Source: Eledone cirrhosa (taxonomy: Eukaryota). Taken from it: DNA of 64,000 nucleotides. This document shows positions 13,423 to 28,120 of this stretch, piece after piece (position 1 is the stretch's first letter; every line of letters starts with the position of its first letter). The stretch lies in NCBI GenBank assembly GCA_964016885.1, contig OZ024757.1, positions 12,090,001 through 12,154,000 on the forward strand, written 5' to 3'. A program made the position numbers and the translations under genes. The notes beneath the pieces are model-generated. The model worked only from the letters and a program-made list of their open reading frames with translations. It did no database searches and was not told the DNA's origin.

Positions 13423-15008
13423 ATTTCTAGCTAGTGATCTTTACATAAAGGATTCCCACCACTTTTACTTATATATTAAGAAATGTAGAAATCGTTAATA
13501 TATGTTATGTAGTCTAATATACAAAGGGTCCATAAAAGACTGCAGAACTCGGCTTTCTTCTTCTACAAAGTTGTAATGTAGCATTCAGTTGGTAAAGTAA
13601 TAAGATATATGACAACATAAGACTGATTTTCGACGAAGAAAAAACAAGCGTATATTATATATATAAATAATTCAATCAGAGAGAGAGAGAGTGTGTGAGA
13701 GATGGGGGGGGGGGAGATCGGGAGATGTGTGTGTGTGTGTAGAAATATGTGTGTAAGTGTTGTAATAAATCAAGATATTTCACTTCAGATAGAAAAGTTC
13801 ACAATGTTTGTGTTGTGGTGGAAAACGAAATAATACGTACTTTAGTTCTCAAGACCAAATATAAAGTCAAGAAAAGTTAGTAAAAACTAAATATTCACTG
13901 ATTTCTGATTAAAATAATATTTTCCTGTCCTGTAAAATGTTGAACAACCACTTCAATATTTAATAATACAGGTGATAAAACAACAACTATCAGGTAAATA
14001 AGTCACCTTATGTTATTTACAAACATTAACGTCCACTTAATATGAAATAATCACCATAAAATAAGAAGCGAGGGCATTGGCTACCGGCACCCGGGCTGCT
14101 CTCTCATCCTGAGTGAGATCTTCCGGCACCGCCTGGGCCAAGTGATGTTGACCAGTGAGGCTTGGGTGTCAGGCAAGCTCGTTGTCTCATCTGGTGGTGT
14201 GCTAGACGGCCGTGACTGGGCAGACAAGGCGAAAAGACAGTTTCATCTTCTCAACACTGCGAGGGCACTGGAGGTTTGACGCGTCAAGCCAACACAGGTG
14301 AGGTGATGGAAGCAGCCGCACCAGAAACAGTTCCGGCCCCTCTTCCGTCTATTCGTGGTGCTACAGGTATCGACTGCAGGGGGTGGAGATTTATTTTGGT
14401 GTGTGTGGGGGGGGGGGGACTGTGGCACCAAGCGGTATCAGGGGTGAGTGGCTGGTTGTCACCAGCCTAGTTGCTAGGCACAAAATGTGTGGGTGGAAGG
14501 GAGAGTGCTGATAAGAGGGCCTCATAGCTCACCTACATCAGATATGGAGGCGTCAGAAGACAAGAGAGAAAATAAGAGGGTGCATAGAGGGGGACACACA
14601 AGAAGGTAGAATGTTAGCAAATAAATAAATGAATGAATGGATGAATGTACAAAAAAGAAAACAGGGGGTTATTTCCAGCGGGAAGACCCAGAGTTCAGCA
14701 CGCACACATGCGAGCATGTTAGCAGTTTCTCATAGAACCTTGTGGCTAAAGGTGAGTCTTTCAATCCTGAAAATATGTGTGTTGTTGTTATTGTCACTGA
14801 TGCTGGAGTTGGCTTCCTCCTGTTAATGGTAGTGATAATTGTTGGTGCTACCTATATCGGCTGTCAAGCTGGCTACTCTATCAGCTTCTGTGAGTGATGC
14901 TCCAGTGGCCTTCTTGACTGAAGATGCAGGTCAATGGCTTTTAAATAAATATATTCTCTATTTTTTTCTCTCTTTCTAATCCGATTCAGTATCATCAATT
15001 GGAAAGAT

Positions 15009-15039
<31 letters not shown>

Positions 15040-15182
15040 GTGCTAATGTATATATATATATAAGCACATGCTTTTTCTTCTTCCAAGATCAGTCTTACAC
15101 TTTCATACATCTTATTACTTTACCAACTGAATTCTACATTTCTTAATATATGAGTGGAAGTGGTGAGATTCCTTTATGAAAT

Positions 15183-15690
15183 ATGTCTGAATATAGCTGT
15201 GAGATTTGCAGGAAAACTTTCTCTTCAACACTGAAACTATCCTCACATGAGAAAATACACAGTAGAGAAAAATCCTTCCACTGTGAAATATGTGGGAAAT
15301 CTTTTACCGATAATTCTGCTCTTGTCATCCACATACGAAGTCACACTGGAGAAAAACTCTTCCACTGTGAAATATGTGGGAAATCTTTCACCCAGAAGTA
15401 CATTCTTGTAGAACACAAAAGAAAGCACACAGGAGAAAAACCTTATTCATGTGAAATATGTGGGAAATCTTTCACTAATACTTCTACTCTTGTCGTCCAC
15501 ATACGGAGTCACACTGGAGAAAAACCCTTCCACTGTGAAATATGTGAGAACATTTCATAAATAATTCTAATCTTGTCATCCCCGTACGGAGTCACACAGG
15601 TGAAAAACCCTTACATTGTGAAATATGTGGGAAATCTCTCAATCAGAATTCTTCAATGGTTGTTCACCTACGTAGTCAACACTTGCGGCA
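15183..15690 (+). pseudogene. C2H2 zinc-finger gene, 4 intact fingers then frameshift (copy A2)
   Basis: ORF 15183-15560; further finger remnants continue out of frame to ~15690, matching the C-terminus of A1. Confidence 0.8.
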
Positions 15691-16130
15691 AACTCCATCA
15701 CTGTGAAATATGAAAAACACAAATATATAGACAGTCTTTGGAAGGCGGAATATAAAATGTGAAGCTTGAGAAATCTTATACATCTCAACATATATGTTGT
15801 GTGTGTGTGTATATGTATATATATATATTTGTTATTTTTATTTTTCAATACATTAATCAAAGGGAAGAAATATACTGGCATATATCAAAGATTACCACAA
15901 TAATTAGGGAGCGGAGGACAAGATATTCTGGACATTGCTGCTGAGGGTAAGATGAGCTAGCTATTGTTGTAGATACCTAAACATTGTGGGATGACTGAGA
16001 TTAACCTACATAGATCAGATGTCTCAGGATATCCAGCTGGAGATTAATGATCTCAGGAATGCCATGGAAGATCGTGACATCTAAAAAAGAAGAGTAGAAT
16101 TGTTCTGGCCAATCCACCTGACCTGATAAA

Positions 16131-16576
16131 TCTAAACTATAATAAAGTAAGGAGCGCGGGACTACGTACGGTTTATAATTTTATATCCCTTTAGTAAAAT
16201 AATTTGCATTACTTTGAATAAATAATGAATGAATATTACATAATTTATTTACTAAATTTCGTGGCTGTTGATTAAATATATTTTGTTTATTTACAGATTC
16301 ACTTCTTTAAAATTTCTGAAATGTCAATACTTCCGGTTGGCCATCGCTTAAATAAACATTGATATATTTCTGTCACTCATTTTCTCCTAATGCAGTTTAT
16401 ATATAATATCGTCTTTTTTAATGAATCATGGATTACGTTCCTGATTAAATAAGAGACTGTAACGCAGTCTTCGTTCAATTTCTATGTATTATATATTGGC
16501 AATTATGATTTTATTTGATGTATCATAGCTACATGTGTATAATATCAATATACACACTACACATGCTAGCAGAAAA
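16131..16576 (+). mobile_element. Non-autonomous Helitron (paralogue of 1985-2433)
   Basis: TCTAAACTATAATAAAG 5' end; same position in the duplicon as in A1. Confidence 0.75.
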
Positions 16577-16804
16577 TAATAATAATATTAATAATAATTG
16601 TTTCTACTTTAGGCACAAGGCCAGCAATTACCCAGTGCATTACTGTTGATATATATTGATGAACAATTATTATTGTGAAATATGTTGGAAATCATTCTCA
16701 GAGGTTTTGTATTGTAATTAACAAATACACACTGTAGAAAGTACCCCGTCATATTATTTGTCATTAAGGGCTATTACAGAGACACAATCTCATTTCCATG
16801 TTGA

Positions 16805-16960
16805 TGGTGGTGGATTAGCAGAATCAGTAGAGTGTCATACGATATGCTTTGTCTAATAAAGTTACAGTCCTTTATGTTCTGGGTTTAAATCATGCCATGG
16901 TCTACTTTGACTTTCATCCATTCAAGGTTGATAAAAACAATACCAGTCTATCACTGGTGT
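16805..16960 (+). mobile_element. CORE-type SINE
   Basis: ggattagcagaatcagtagagtgtc...ttgactttcatccattcaaggttgataaaa. Confidence 0.65.
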
Positions 16961-19265
16961 CTGTTCTTCCTCTCTATATTTCTATCTCACTTCTTCCCTC
17001 TTATTCTCTCTCCTTCTCTGGAAGAAATCAACTGTTCAAACCTGGAGAGTGAAGGGCTCCACCAAGCTTCAAATGTCCACAGTTCCACCCTTACGACTAC
17101 ATCAATTAAAAAAAAAACATTGATGTGTTTGTATGTGTTTATTTAGTAAACCTTAACTGGTTTATATTTATATTTATGACAAAATATCCACAATAAAAAC
17201 AATTGCATAACTTTAATAATTGTTGGATGGTATTTATATGAAAGTTGAAATTTTGACTTTTTAAAAAAATAATTCACATTTGAAAATACTTTACAACTTT
17301 CTTTTTCTTCAACCATTTATTTATGAAATGGTTGTAGGGGGTAGTCCTCACAAACCCCTTCTAGGTCCAATGTGTGTAAAGTTTCCTCTTTACACTACAC
17401 ATTCACCCTGCACACACACACACCACATCAAAACACCACAATATACACATCATGCCAGACCACATACCACACCAAACCACATCAAAACACCACAACACGC
17501 CACACACGATACCACACCACAACAGACACATACAAACCAGGTAGTTATACCAACCCAGTATCTTGATTTTAGTGATTTTTTGGTAACAAATCTCAACATC
17601 TTCGTTCTTACCAAGTGGAGTGGAACTCATCAGATTGGACCAAGGAAACAATGTTTCCATTGGTCTTTCCAATTGATGATATTGAATCGGATTAGAAAGA
17701 GAGAAAAAAAATAGAGAATATATTTATTTAAGTGCCATTGACCTGCATCTTCGGTCAAGAAGGCCATTGGAGCATCACTCACAGAAGCTGATAGAGCAGC
17801 CAGCTTGACAGCCGATAAAGGTAGCACCAACAATTATCACTACCATTAACAAGAGGAAGGCAGCAACAGCAGCAGTTACATTAAGAACAACAACATATAT
17901 GTTTATACACCAACATCTTACCAACAAACACTACCACTACCATTAACAAGAGGAAGCTAACTCCAGCATCAGTGACAATAACAACAACATATGTTTACAG
18001 GATGGAAAGACTTACCTTTAGCCACAAGGTTCTATGAGAAACTGCTAACATTCTCGCATGTGTGCGTGCTGAAGTCTGGGTCTTTCCGCTGGGAACAACC
18101 CCTGTTTTCTTTTTTGTATATTCATCCATTCATTCATTTGTTTTCTAACATACTACCTTCTTGTGTGCCCCCCCCCCTCCATGCATTCCCTTCTTTTCTC
18201 TCTTGTCTTATGACGTCTCCATATCTGATGTAGGTGAGCTATGAGGCCCTCTTATCAGCATTTTCCCTTCCACCCACACAGTTGTGCCTAGCAACTAGGC
18301 TGGTGACAACCAGCAACTTGCCCCTGATCCCGCTTGGTGCCCCAGTCCACCTCCCAATCCTCCATCCCCTGCAGTTGACACTGCAGCACCGCGAATGGAC
18401 GCGAATGGGGCCGGAACTGATGGGGTGCGGCTGCTTCCACCACCTCACCTGTGTTTTCTTGACGCGTCAAACCTCCAGTGCCCTCGCAGCGTGGAAAAGC
18501 TGAAACTGTTTCTTTGCCTTGTCTGCCCAGCCACGGCCGTCTAGCACACCACCAGATGAGACGAGCTCTCCTGACGCCCAAGCCACGCTTGGCTCAGGTG
18601 GTGCCGAAAGATCCCACTCAGGATCCCGAGAGCCGATGCTCTCGCTTCCTCTTTTATGGTGATTATTTCATATTAAAGTGGACGTTAATGTTTATAAATA
18701 ACATAAGGTGACTTATTTACCTTATAGTTGTTGTTTTCTCACCTGTATTATTAAATATTGAAGTGGTTGTTCAACATTTTACAGGACAAGAAAATGTCTT
18801 TTTAATCAGAAATCAGTGAATATTTAGTTTTTACTAACTTTTCTTGACTTTATATTTGGTCTTGAAAACTAAAGTACGTATTATTTCGTTTTCCACCACG
18901 ACACAAACATTGTGAAATTTTCTATCTGAAGTGAAATATCTTGATTTATTACAACACCTACACACATATTTCTACACACAGACATCTCTCTATCTCCCCC
19001 CCCCTCTCACTCTCTCTGATTGAATTATATAATATATGCTTGAATTTTCTTCGTCGAAAATCAGTCTTGCGCTGTCATATGTCTTATTACTTGTATCAAC
19101 TAAATGCTACATTACAACTTTGTAGAAGAACAAAGCGGAGTTCTGCAGTCTTTTATGGACCCTTTGTATATTAGACTACATAGCATATATTAACCATATC
19201 TACATTTCTTAATATATACGTAAAAGTGGTGAGAATCCTTTATGTAAAGATCACTAGTTAGAAAT

Positions 19266-20030
19266 ATGTCTGAATATAGCTGTGAGATTTGCAGGAAAAC
19301 TTTCCCTTCAAAACTGAATCTAACCTCACACGAGAAAATATACACAGGAGAAAAACCCTTCCAGTGTGAAATATGTGGGAAATCTTTCACTGATAATTCT
19401 AAACTTATCATCCACTTACAAAGTCATACTGGAGAAAAACCCTACCACTGTGAAATATGTGGAAATGTCTTTCTCAGAAGACCTATCTTGGAGTTCACAA
19501 AAGAACACACACTGGAGAAAAACCCTTCCTATGTGGAATTTGTGGAAAATCTTTTTCACATTGTGCTAATTTTGTAAAACACAAAGGAATACACGCAGGG
19601 GAAAAAACTTTTTCATGCGAAATATGTGGGAAATCTTTCTTTCAGAAGGTCCATCTTGGAGATCAGAAAAGAATGTGAAATATGTGGTAAATCTTTTTGT
19701 CGTGGTTCTAACCTTGTAGAACACAACAGAATACACACTGGACAAAAACCCTTCCACTGTAAAATATGTGGGGAATATTTTACTTATAATTCTAATCTTG
19801 TCATCCGCATGTTGAGTCATACTGGAGAAAAACCCTACCGTTGTGGGGAAAACCCTACCATATGTGGGAAATCTTTTTCATTGAGTGGTGACTTGAAAAG
19901 ACATATGACAATTCACACTGGAGAGAAACCCTTCCACTGTGAAACATGTGGCAAATATTTTGCCTTCAACTGTGTCTTGAAACGATATAGAACACATAAT
20001 GGAGAGAAACCTTATTCATGCCAAATATTC
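19266..20030 (+). pseudogene. C2H2 zinc-finger pseudogene, ~8-9 fingers (copy B2)
   Basis: Finger repeats split over ORFs 19266-19577, 19457-19678 and 19626-20123 by frameshifts. Confidence 0.85.
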
Positions 20031-20554
20031 AATCCTTCTCTTATAGATCTCAACATATATATATATGTCTGTGTGTATATATATACCTCGCCCAAGCGGA
20101 AGAAATATACTCCCATATATTGAAGATTACCACAATAACTAGGGAGCGGAGGACAATATATGCTGGACATTGCTACTGAGGATAAGATGACCTGATGAGC
20201 TGGTTCCTGTGGTGGATACCTAAACATTGTCAGACCCTAGTGGGATGACCAAGATTGACCTACATAGATCAGATGTCTCTGGATGTCCAGCTGGAGATTA
20301 ATGATCTCAGGAATGCTATGGAAGATCGTGACATCTAAAAAAGGAGAGTAGAATTATTCTTGGAAATCAACCGACTTAATAAATGATAATGATAATAATA
20401 TATATTAATGAACATTTATTATGGTGAAATATGTTGGAAATCATTCTCAGAGGTTTTGTACTGTAATCCTCAAATACTCTCTGGAGGAAGTTCCACTTCA
20501 TATTATTTGTCATTAAGGTTTCTTATAGATATACATTCTCATTTCATTGTTGAG

Positions 20555-20915
20555 GGTGGTGGATTTGCAGAATCAGTAGAGTGTCAGACGATGTGTTTGT
20601 GTCATATAGTTACATCCCTTTACATTCTGTATTAAAATCTTGCTGAGGTTAGCTTTACTTTTCTTGCTCACAGGTTCAGTAAAATAAAGTACCAGTAATA
20701 TACTGAGGTTGATTTAATCAACTTTCTCCTTCCCTTCCAATTGTGGCCTTGAGTTAAAAGTAGAAACAGTTATTTAAAGTCTATAAAACAATAGATAGAA
20801 TGCTTTCTGCCATATTTGTTCTGGTTCTCTCCTCTGGGTTTAAATCCTGCTGAGGTCAACTTTGCCTTTCATCCATTCAAGGTTGATAAGAAAAAATTAC
20901 CAGTCTACCACTGGG
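20555..20915 (+). mobile_element. Two adjacent CORE-type SINE copies
   Basis: Mirror of 11905-12265. Confidence 0.7.
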
Positions 20916-21655
20916 ATCTGTTCTTCCTCTCTATATTTCTTTCTCACTTCCTCTCTCTCATTCTATCTCCTTCTCTGGAAGTAATCAACTGTTCCAACCT
21001 GGTGAGTTAAGGGCTCCACCAAGCTTCAAATGTCCACAGTGGCACCCCTATGACTACATCAGTGCAAGAAAAACAAAAGAAAAGATGAATGTGTTTATTT
21101 TATAAATCTTAACTGGTTTATATTCATATTTGTGACAAAATATCCACATTTATGTTTAAATAAAAACAATTTTACAACTTTAATATTTGTTGGATGGTAC
21201 GGTCATGACAGTTCAAATTAGGACTTTTTAAAAAAATTAACACTTGAAAATATTTTACAACTTTATTCTCTTTATCTTTACCCATTCCTGAGAGGGTTGT
21301 AGGGGGTAGAGTCCTCACACACACCTTCTAGGTCCTATGTTTGTAAAATTTCCTCTATATACTACACACACACAAAACCACATCACTCTGCACGCACACA
21401 CCACATCCCACACAACAGACATACATCATACCACACCACATACAAACCAGGTAGTTATACCATCCCAGTATCTTGGTTTTAGTGATTTTTTTGTAACAAA
21501 TCTCAACATCACAGACCTTAGCAACTGGAGTGGAACTAATCAGATTGGATATTAAATGATGAGCTGTGACATCATTGGTGTCAACCTGTTTCAGCCATTC
21601 CTTTGGACAACATTATAGTGTATGTATGTAGTATATATATATATATATATGTAGT

Positions 21656-21693
<38 letters not shown>

Positions 21694-23778
21694 TTTACGT
21701 CCGCTTTTCCCTGCTTGAAAGGGTGGGACGGGTCTTATTCAGCACAGCATCTCTCCACTCGTCACGGTCCCTCGTCATCTCCACCGTGAGCTTCAATGAT
21801 CTGAGGTCTGTTCTCACCCCCCCCCCCCCCATGTTTTTCGTGGTCTACCTCTACCATGTCTTCCTTCAACTGGCAATTCCTGGCACTTCTTCACCCATCG
21901 GTCATCCTCCATGCGCATCACATATCCATACCACATCAGTCTCCTCTCCCGTACACTACATTCTATCCCTCTCAGACACAGTTTCTCTCTCAACACATTT
22001 ATGCTGGGTCGTTCACGTACATTTACACTGCACATCCAACGGAGCATGCTTGCCTCATTTATCTCCAGCCGTCGCATATCTTCTGCAGTTGCTGCCCATG
22101 TCTCACTACCATGCAGCATCGCGCTCCTCACACAGGCATCATACAACCGGCCTTTCGTACGCAGGGAGAAACCCTTCTTCGTCAACAGAGGAAGCAGCTC
22201 CCTAAACTTCTTCCAAACCGTCCTTATTCTAGATACTATGGCCTCGGAACACCCTCCTCCCTTGCTAATCTGATCTCCTAGGTACCGGAAGCTATCCACC
22301 ACTTCTATAGCGCCCTCCTGCATTTGAAAAATGTGTCTATCAATGCGACTTCTACTGTCTAATTTCCCTGTACATCTACTGCATACATATTTCTCCCTAC
22401 CTGTTAGTTTGCCTGCTATCCCGCTACATATCTTGTGTACCCAGGATCTGCATTGTGTGCATTTTATAGCATTTATGCCAGTTCCTTTTCTGCATATCGA
22501 ACATGGCCATTTCCCTGACGGAATCAGGGTTTTGTCCTCTTTTCTACTCATCAACACTTTTGTCTTAACTAGATTTACTTTCAGTCCTCTTGCTTCTAAC
22601 TGCTATTTCCATAGCCAGAATTTATTCTCCAGCTCCTCTACTGATTCTGCTATAAGAACCAGATCGTCAGCATAGAGAAGTTCCCATGGACAGCCAGTCT
22701 TAAACTCCTCTGTTATGGCTTGGAGGACTATAATGAACAAGAGCGGGCTGAGGACCGAGCCCTGATGTACTCCTACTTGTATCTGGAATTCCTCACTAAA
22801 CTCCATTCCTACCCTGACTTTACTGAGAGTACCTCTGTACAAAGTTTGCACTGTCCTCACAAGCCATTCCTCAACACCTAGCTTCCTTAGGGACCACCAG
22901 ATGACAGATCGGGGTACCCTATCAAAGGCCTTCTCTAGGTCAACAAAGGCTAAGTCTAGTGGCTTATTCTTCTCTAAGAACCTCTCTTGCAATTGTCTCC
23001 CCAAGAAGAGGGCATCTGTTGTACTCTTCCCAGGCACAAAACCAAACTGCATCTCATCTAGTTCGACCCTTTCTCTAATTAGTTGTGCTAAAATCCTTTC
23101 TGCCACTTTCATAACCTGATCTATCAGTTTTATACCCCTATAATTGCTCCTCTCCAAAGCATCCCCTTTACCTTTGTAGCAATTTATGAGAATACTGCTG
23201 CACCAGTCTTTGGGTATGACACCACCAAATATAGCCTGATTGATGATGCGTGCAACCAGTTTAGTGCCTACGTCCCCTGATGCCTTCAGCATCTCAGCAA
23301 CTATTCCCGATGGACCGGCAGCCTTACCATTTTTCATTTCCCTAATCGCCTCTTGGACCCTATATTCGACAATCTCAATAGCTGGTCCCTCTGTCCAGGG
23401 TAATTTCTCTCTCTCCCATTTGTTCTCCACATTCATCAGTCTCTCATAGTGACATTTCCAGGCCTCCTTTTTTCTGATCATTCGTGACACTAAGTACACC
23501 GGCATCATCCCGGACACATTTATCTCCAACAACATCCTGATTCGCATTGACACACTGCCTTGCAATGTGGAACACCGCACGCCTCTGATCTTCCCGTCGC
23601 AGAACATTGGCAAGCCTCCTACTCTCTGCCTCCCTGCGTGCTAAGTACAACTGACGTCTAGCTTCTCTGTTAGTGGCTGTATATTCTTCCCTACTCCCAC
23701 CCTTTTTCCAAGCCTTCCATGCTAGTCTTTTGTCTCTAATAGCCTTATCTACTGTGCTGTTCCACCACCAGGTCACTC
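21656..23778 (-). mobile_element. RTE-clade LINE, 5'-truncated
   Basis: RT ORF 22603-23613 (AFVDLEKAFDRV, GVHQGS, LLYADD), Cys-rich WPCSIC segment, RGRPRKTW, (GAT)n tail. Confidence 0.95.
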
Positions 23779-23870
23779 TCTATATTTATCAGCACAGCAA
23801 CAAATAGAACAACAACAAAATATGAAGACGTCGCATCTCAAAGTTGCAACACTTAATGTTGGCACTCTAA
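23779..23870 (+). mobile_element. RTE APE-endonuclease N-terminus fragment, opposite orientation to the adjacent RTE
   Basis: ATG 23822 MKTSHLKVATLNVGTL, the first APE strand motif (T.NV.TL). Confidence 0.6.
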
Positions 23871-25945
23871 TGCCGTGCACGTCCATTCCGACAAAACTGG
23901 CAACCTATATCAAGTGGAGCGCATCAACTACTACATAATGCTGTAAGTAAGGATTACCGTAAAACTAATCGGTGCGTCATCAATGAAATCAACGATGCTG
24001 GGTTTAAAATCACATCTGATCTCAACATCCTGGACCGGACCGAACCTCTGGACCCTATTTCTCCCCACTTTACCCTGTAGGATCACAAATCCAATTTTCC
24101 GAACAACCCCTCTATTCGGCTTATTAACCCTACGAAGTTCGATTTAGGTAGACTTAGTAAGACGATTCATGATAGAATTATACCTGAAATTAGAAGTTTG
24201 GCCCCTCTCGCACTGTGGAACAATTCCTTCGCGGTGATTGATTGCTTCAACGGCATATGTAACAAGGAACATTGCCGTTTTATCCAATTAGACATCAACA
24301 ATTACTACTCCTCCATCACTTTACCACTTCTCCTTAGAGCTATCAATTTCGCTAAAACACTCACAGTGGTTAAGGATTTCGAAGTTGATGTCATCCTCAA
24401 TGCCCGAAAGTCGGTGATTAATTTCGACGACTCTATTTGGATTAAAAAATCCAATAGTACCCCATTCGACGTGAGTATGGGCGCCAGTGATTCTGCGGAG
24501 GTTACTGATCTTATCGGCCTTTTCCTTCTTTTCTCCATCAAGGACGAATTCCCCAACGCGGGCGGTGGTTTGTACCGTGACGATGGTCTTTTGACCATGA
24601 CTAAGTGCGGACCTCGTGCTTGCGACAGGTTCAGAAAAGAACTCACAGCCTTCTTTAAAGGCTTCAACCTCTCTATACAGGTTGAGGCCAATCTCTCGGT
24701 CGTTAATTACCTCGACGTTACCCTCAACTTATTGAATGGGTTGTATTACCCGTATAGAAAGCCGAATGATACGCTTAATTACATAAGTAAGCATTCCAAC
24801 CATCCTGCCAGCATAACCAAGAACCTGGTAAGAAACGTTTCGTTGAGGCTTTCCCGTCTTTCCACCAACGAACATATTTTCAACGACCATTCCACTTATT
24901 ACAATGAAGCTCTTGCTCGAAGTGGATTTGTCGATAAGGTAGCATATACAGAGTACGAATATAGACCTAGAAGAAATAGATCCCGTTGCATTTGTTGGTA
25001 TAACCCACCATATAATATGGAGGTGGCCACACCGTTAGCTAAGATCTTTCTTTCCCTTATTACGAAGCATTTTCCCCCTACACATAAATATAGTAAAAAC
25101 TTTTTATTGAAATACTATTAAAATGTCTTACTCCACGACTCCTAACCTTGCACATAACATGACAGCTTCAAATTTAGCTAAACTACCTAGCCGTAGGAAC
25201 ACGTGCAACCCTGTAGTTAGAACTAACAGTAATTGTAGGAATCGGGTTGATTGCCCCCTATCCGGGAAATGCCTCTCTAGTAACATTGTCTACAAATGTA
25301 AGGTTGTAACACCCACGTCCCGTAGGGCCTACATAAGGTTAACTGCCAATAGATTCAAGCAGCGTCTTTACATGCATACCCATTCTTTTCGTTAAGAAGG
25401 AATATGATGTCACTTTCAGCTTATATCTGGAGTCTAAAAGACCAATATAAGTTACACTGGGAGATCCTAGATAGGGCTAGATCGTATAACGGAAATAAAA
25501 GACCATGTGACCTCTGCGCCGCTGCGGCCCTGGAAATACTCTACGCCACAGACCACATCTTAAACAAAAAATCTGAGGCAATTTCGGGTTGTAAACATAA
25601 ATTGCACAAAACTTTCCTGTATTACAGCTCCACGTTATACCCTAACGGATAGCACGATCGATACGTGGATATTTTACGTCTCGATGTGGGAGCCAGCGAA
25701 CGTTTCCACGAACCAAAGTATCGTCTTCCTGTCTTCCACCGGTTGCAACGTTTTTTGAAATATCCAGTTCTGCGTTTACAGATTGACTTTGTTAGTTTCA
25801 GAAGATCCCGTTAAGGGTGAAAGCAGCGATTCTTTGCTTAAACTTTAATCTGTTATTTTAATAAATATTTGCTCTACGGTTCTTATATATTTGATATATA
25901 TTTATCCTTATCGAACCCTCTTTGGATTTTAGTCTTCAAATTTAT
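23871..25945 (+). mobile_element. Penelope-like element 1 (YRDD type), 5'-truncated, frameshifted RT + GIY-YIG + 3' pLTR
   Basis: HSDKTGNLY, QLDINNYYSSI, FDVSMGA, GLYRDDGL, NYLDVTL, WYNPPY, CRNRVDCPLSGKC..IVYKC..AYI, CDLC; ends in (TA)n. Confidence 0.92.
25794..25844 (+). ncRNA. Type I hammerhead-like motif with CAGAAGA core
   Basis: AGTTT-CAGAAGA-tCCCgttaaGGGt-GAAA-GCA..TGC-TT-AAACT; second copy at 32912-32962(-). Confidence 0.55.
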
Positions 25946-25951
25946 TATTAT

Positions 25952-26195
<244 letters not shown>

Positions 26196-26211
26196 ATATA
26201 TATATATATAT

Positions 26212-27200
26212 TTGTGTTCAAGAGACTAGGTGGAGGGGCTGGTCTGCTAGATTCATTGTGGGTAAAAACGATGTTATAAACCTTTCTGGGTGGGAAATGA
26301 CAATGGGCTGGGTGGAGTAGTATGGTGGGATGGGGGAAGTAGAGAACACTATCGGGTGGCTAGGAGACAAGTTTACCATGCAAGAAGGGAAGCAGGTGAT
26401 AGAAAGTTCAAGCATTTTCTACATTACGAGGACCAAAAACGTGAGGTGTTCCGGATTGCTAAACAATGTGTCAAAGAAAACCGTGATATTGTCAGGGACA
26501 AGTGAGTCCGTAATGATAATGGTGTACTTGCCCTCACTTTTACTGATAAGAAGATAGCTTGGAAGTGTCACTACGAGGGACTACTAAATGAGGAGAATAA
26601 ATGGGAAAAAGATAGTCTTCCCCAAATTGATCCAATAGAGGGACCAGCGGTGCAAGTTGAAGGTAGTATAATAAGTAAGGCAATCAAAGATATGAAGACA
26701 GGCAAGGCAGCTGGGCCTTCAGAGATAGTTGCTGAGATGTTGAAAGCCTTACAGATAGTAAACCAAGTAATACAGAATGGGGTCATACCAAATGACTGGG
26801 GTAGCAGCATCATCGTTAACTGCTAAAAGAGAAAAGGAGATGCTATAGCTAGGGGGAACTATAGAATCATTAAGGTAGTTGACCAGGTCATGAAGGCCAC
26901 TGACAGAGTTATAGTACAGCTAATCAGAGACAGAATTGATCTAGATGAAATGCAGTTTTGGTTTGTGTCAGGTAAATGTACCACAGACGCTCTTTTCCTT
27001 GTACAGCAACTACAGGAGAAGTACCTAGCTAAAAGTAAACCCCTCTACTTAGCTTTCGTTGACTTGGAGAAAGCCTTAGACAGAGTCCCCAGCTACATTT
27101 TCTGGTGGACCCTTAGAAAACTAGGTGTTGATGAATGGCATGTGAGAGCCATGTATAAAGAAACAGTGAGCAAGGTGAGAATTAACAATGAATATAGTGA
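26212..27200 (+). mobile_element. Internally deleted RTE LINE (family of 7043-9830)
   Basis: CVQETRWRG (APE), KAIKDMKTGKAAGPSEIV, AFVDLEKALDRV. Confidence 0.88.
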
Positions 27201-27603
27201 AGAAATGATAGGAAGGAAGAAATAGAATGGGTACCAACAAAGATATTTATTTCTCTGTTGTTACGAGCCTCCCATTCTTCGCAGTAATCTCAGATAAATC
27301 ATTGAAACTGCAGGTGGTCTGAGATCTGATGAATGTATTTTAATATTTGTGACCTCCTCTCACCCATTCTATTTCTTCCTTCCGATCATTTCTTTGAGTC
27401 AACTCACACGAAGCTGCTGACTTCTGTCCTTCGAGGTAATGTTTTACCCAACACAGCTTTGACGGTATTTTGCTGTTTAAACACCGAGTTTATCCATTTT
27501 ATATATATATATGTATGTAAAGGCTAAACAGAAATAACAAAACAATCAGTACAGTATATGGAAGGAATATATTAGGTTAATGCTTGAAATAGCAGGAAGA
27601 GGG

Positions 27604-27639
27604 TCTTAACGTTTCAGATGCTAGTCCTTCATCAGAAGA
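27604..27639 (-). ncRNA. Minimal type I hammerhead in a pLTR remnant
   Basis: TCTT-CTGATGA-AGG..TCT-GAAAC-GTT-AAGA; palindromic AACGTT in place of stem III. Confidence 0.6.
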
Positions 27640-28120
27640 AAGAATGACAAATTAGTTAAATTAAAGGGATGGGCAAGATGGAATTGGAAAACATATCTTT
27701 GGATAACAGGTCCATTCATGGTGACATCTCTTGGAAAGCTGTTGATGCTGGCGTTTTGTGTATGATATATTATATGTTAAAGACTCACATTATTCCCCTA
27801 TAATTTAATGAGCTCAAGGATTAGATTCCGGGTTCTTTATAAATCACCATATAGAGAGAAGTACACATAGAGATATGTGTTCAATCATAGGGAATTAAAA
27901 ACCACCAGAGTGACAAACATATTAATTACGGAAGTAATGCTGGATACAAATCAATTGAAATAATATATTAAAGTGTAGTAACCATCTATTTATAACTATA
28001 ACATCCAGACATGCTCAAATAAGAGTATATTTCGCTATAAAGGGGAAGAATATATATTGTAGATGTAGCTCATCGGCGGATACCTATCAATATGATCAAC
28101 ACTTCTAAAAATATATTAGA

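Larger units (their letters stand above)
17660..21615 (+). repeat. Right arm of inverted duplication (ZNF duplicon B2)
   Basis: Reverse complement of 11160-15008. Confidence 0.85.
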
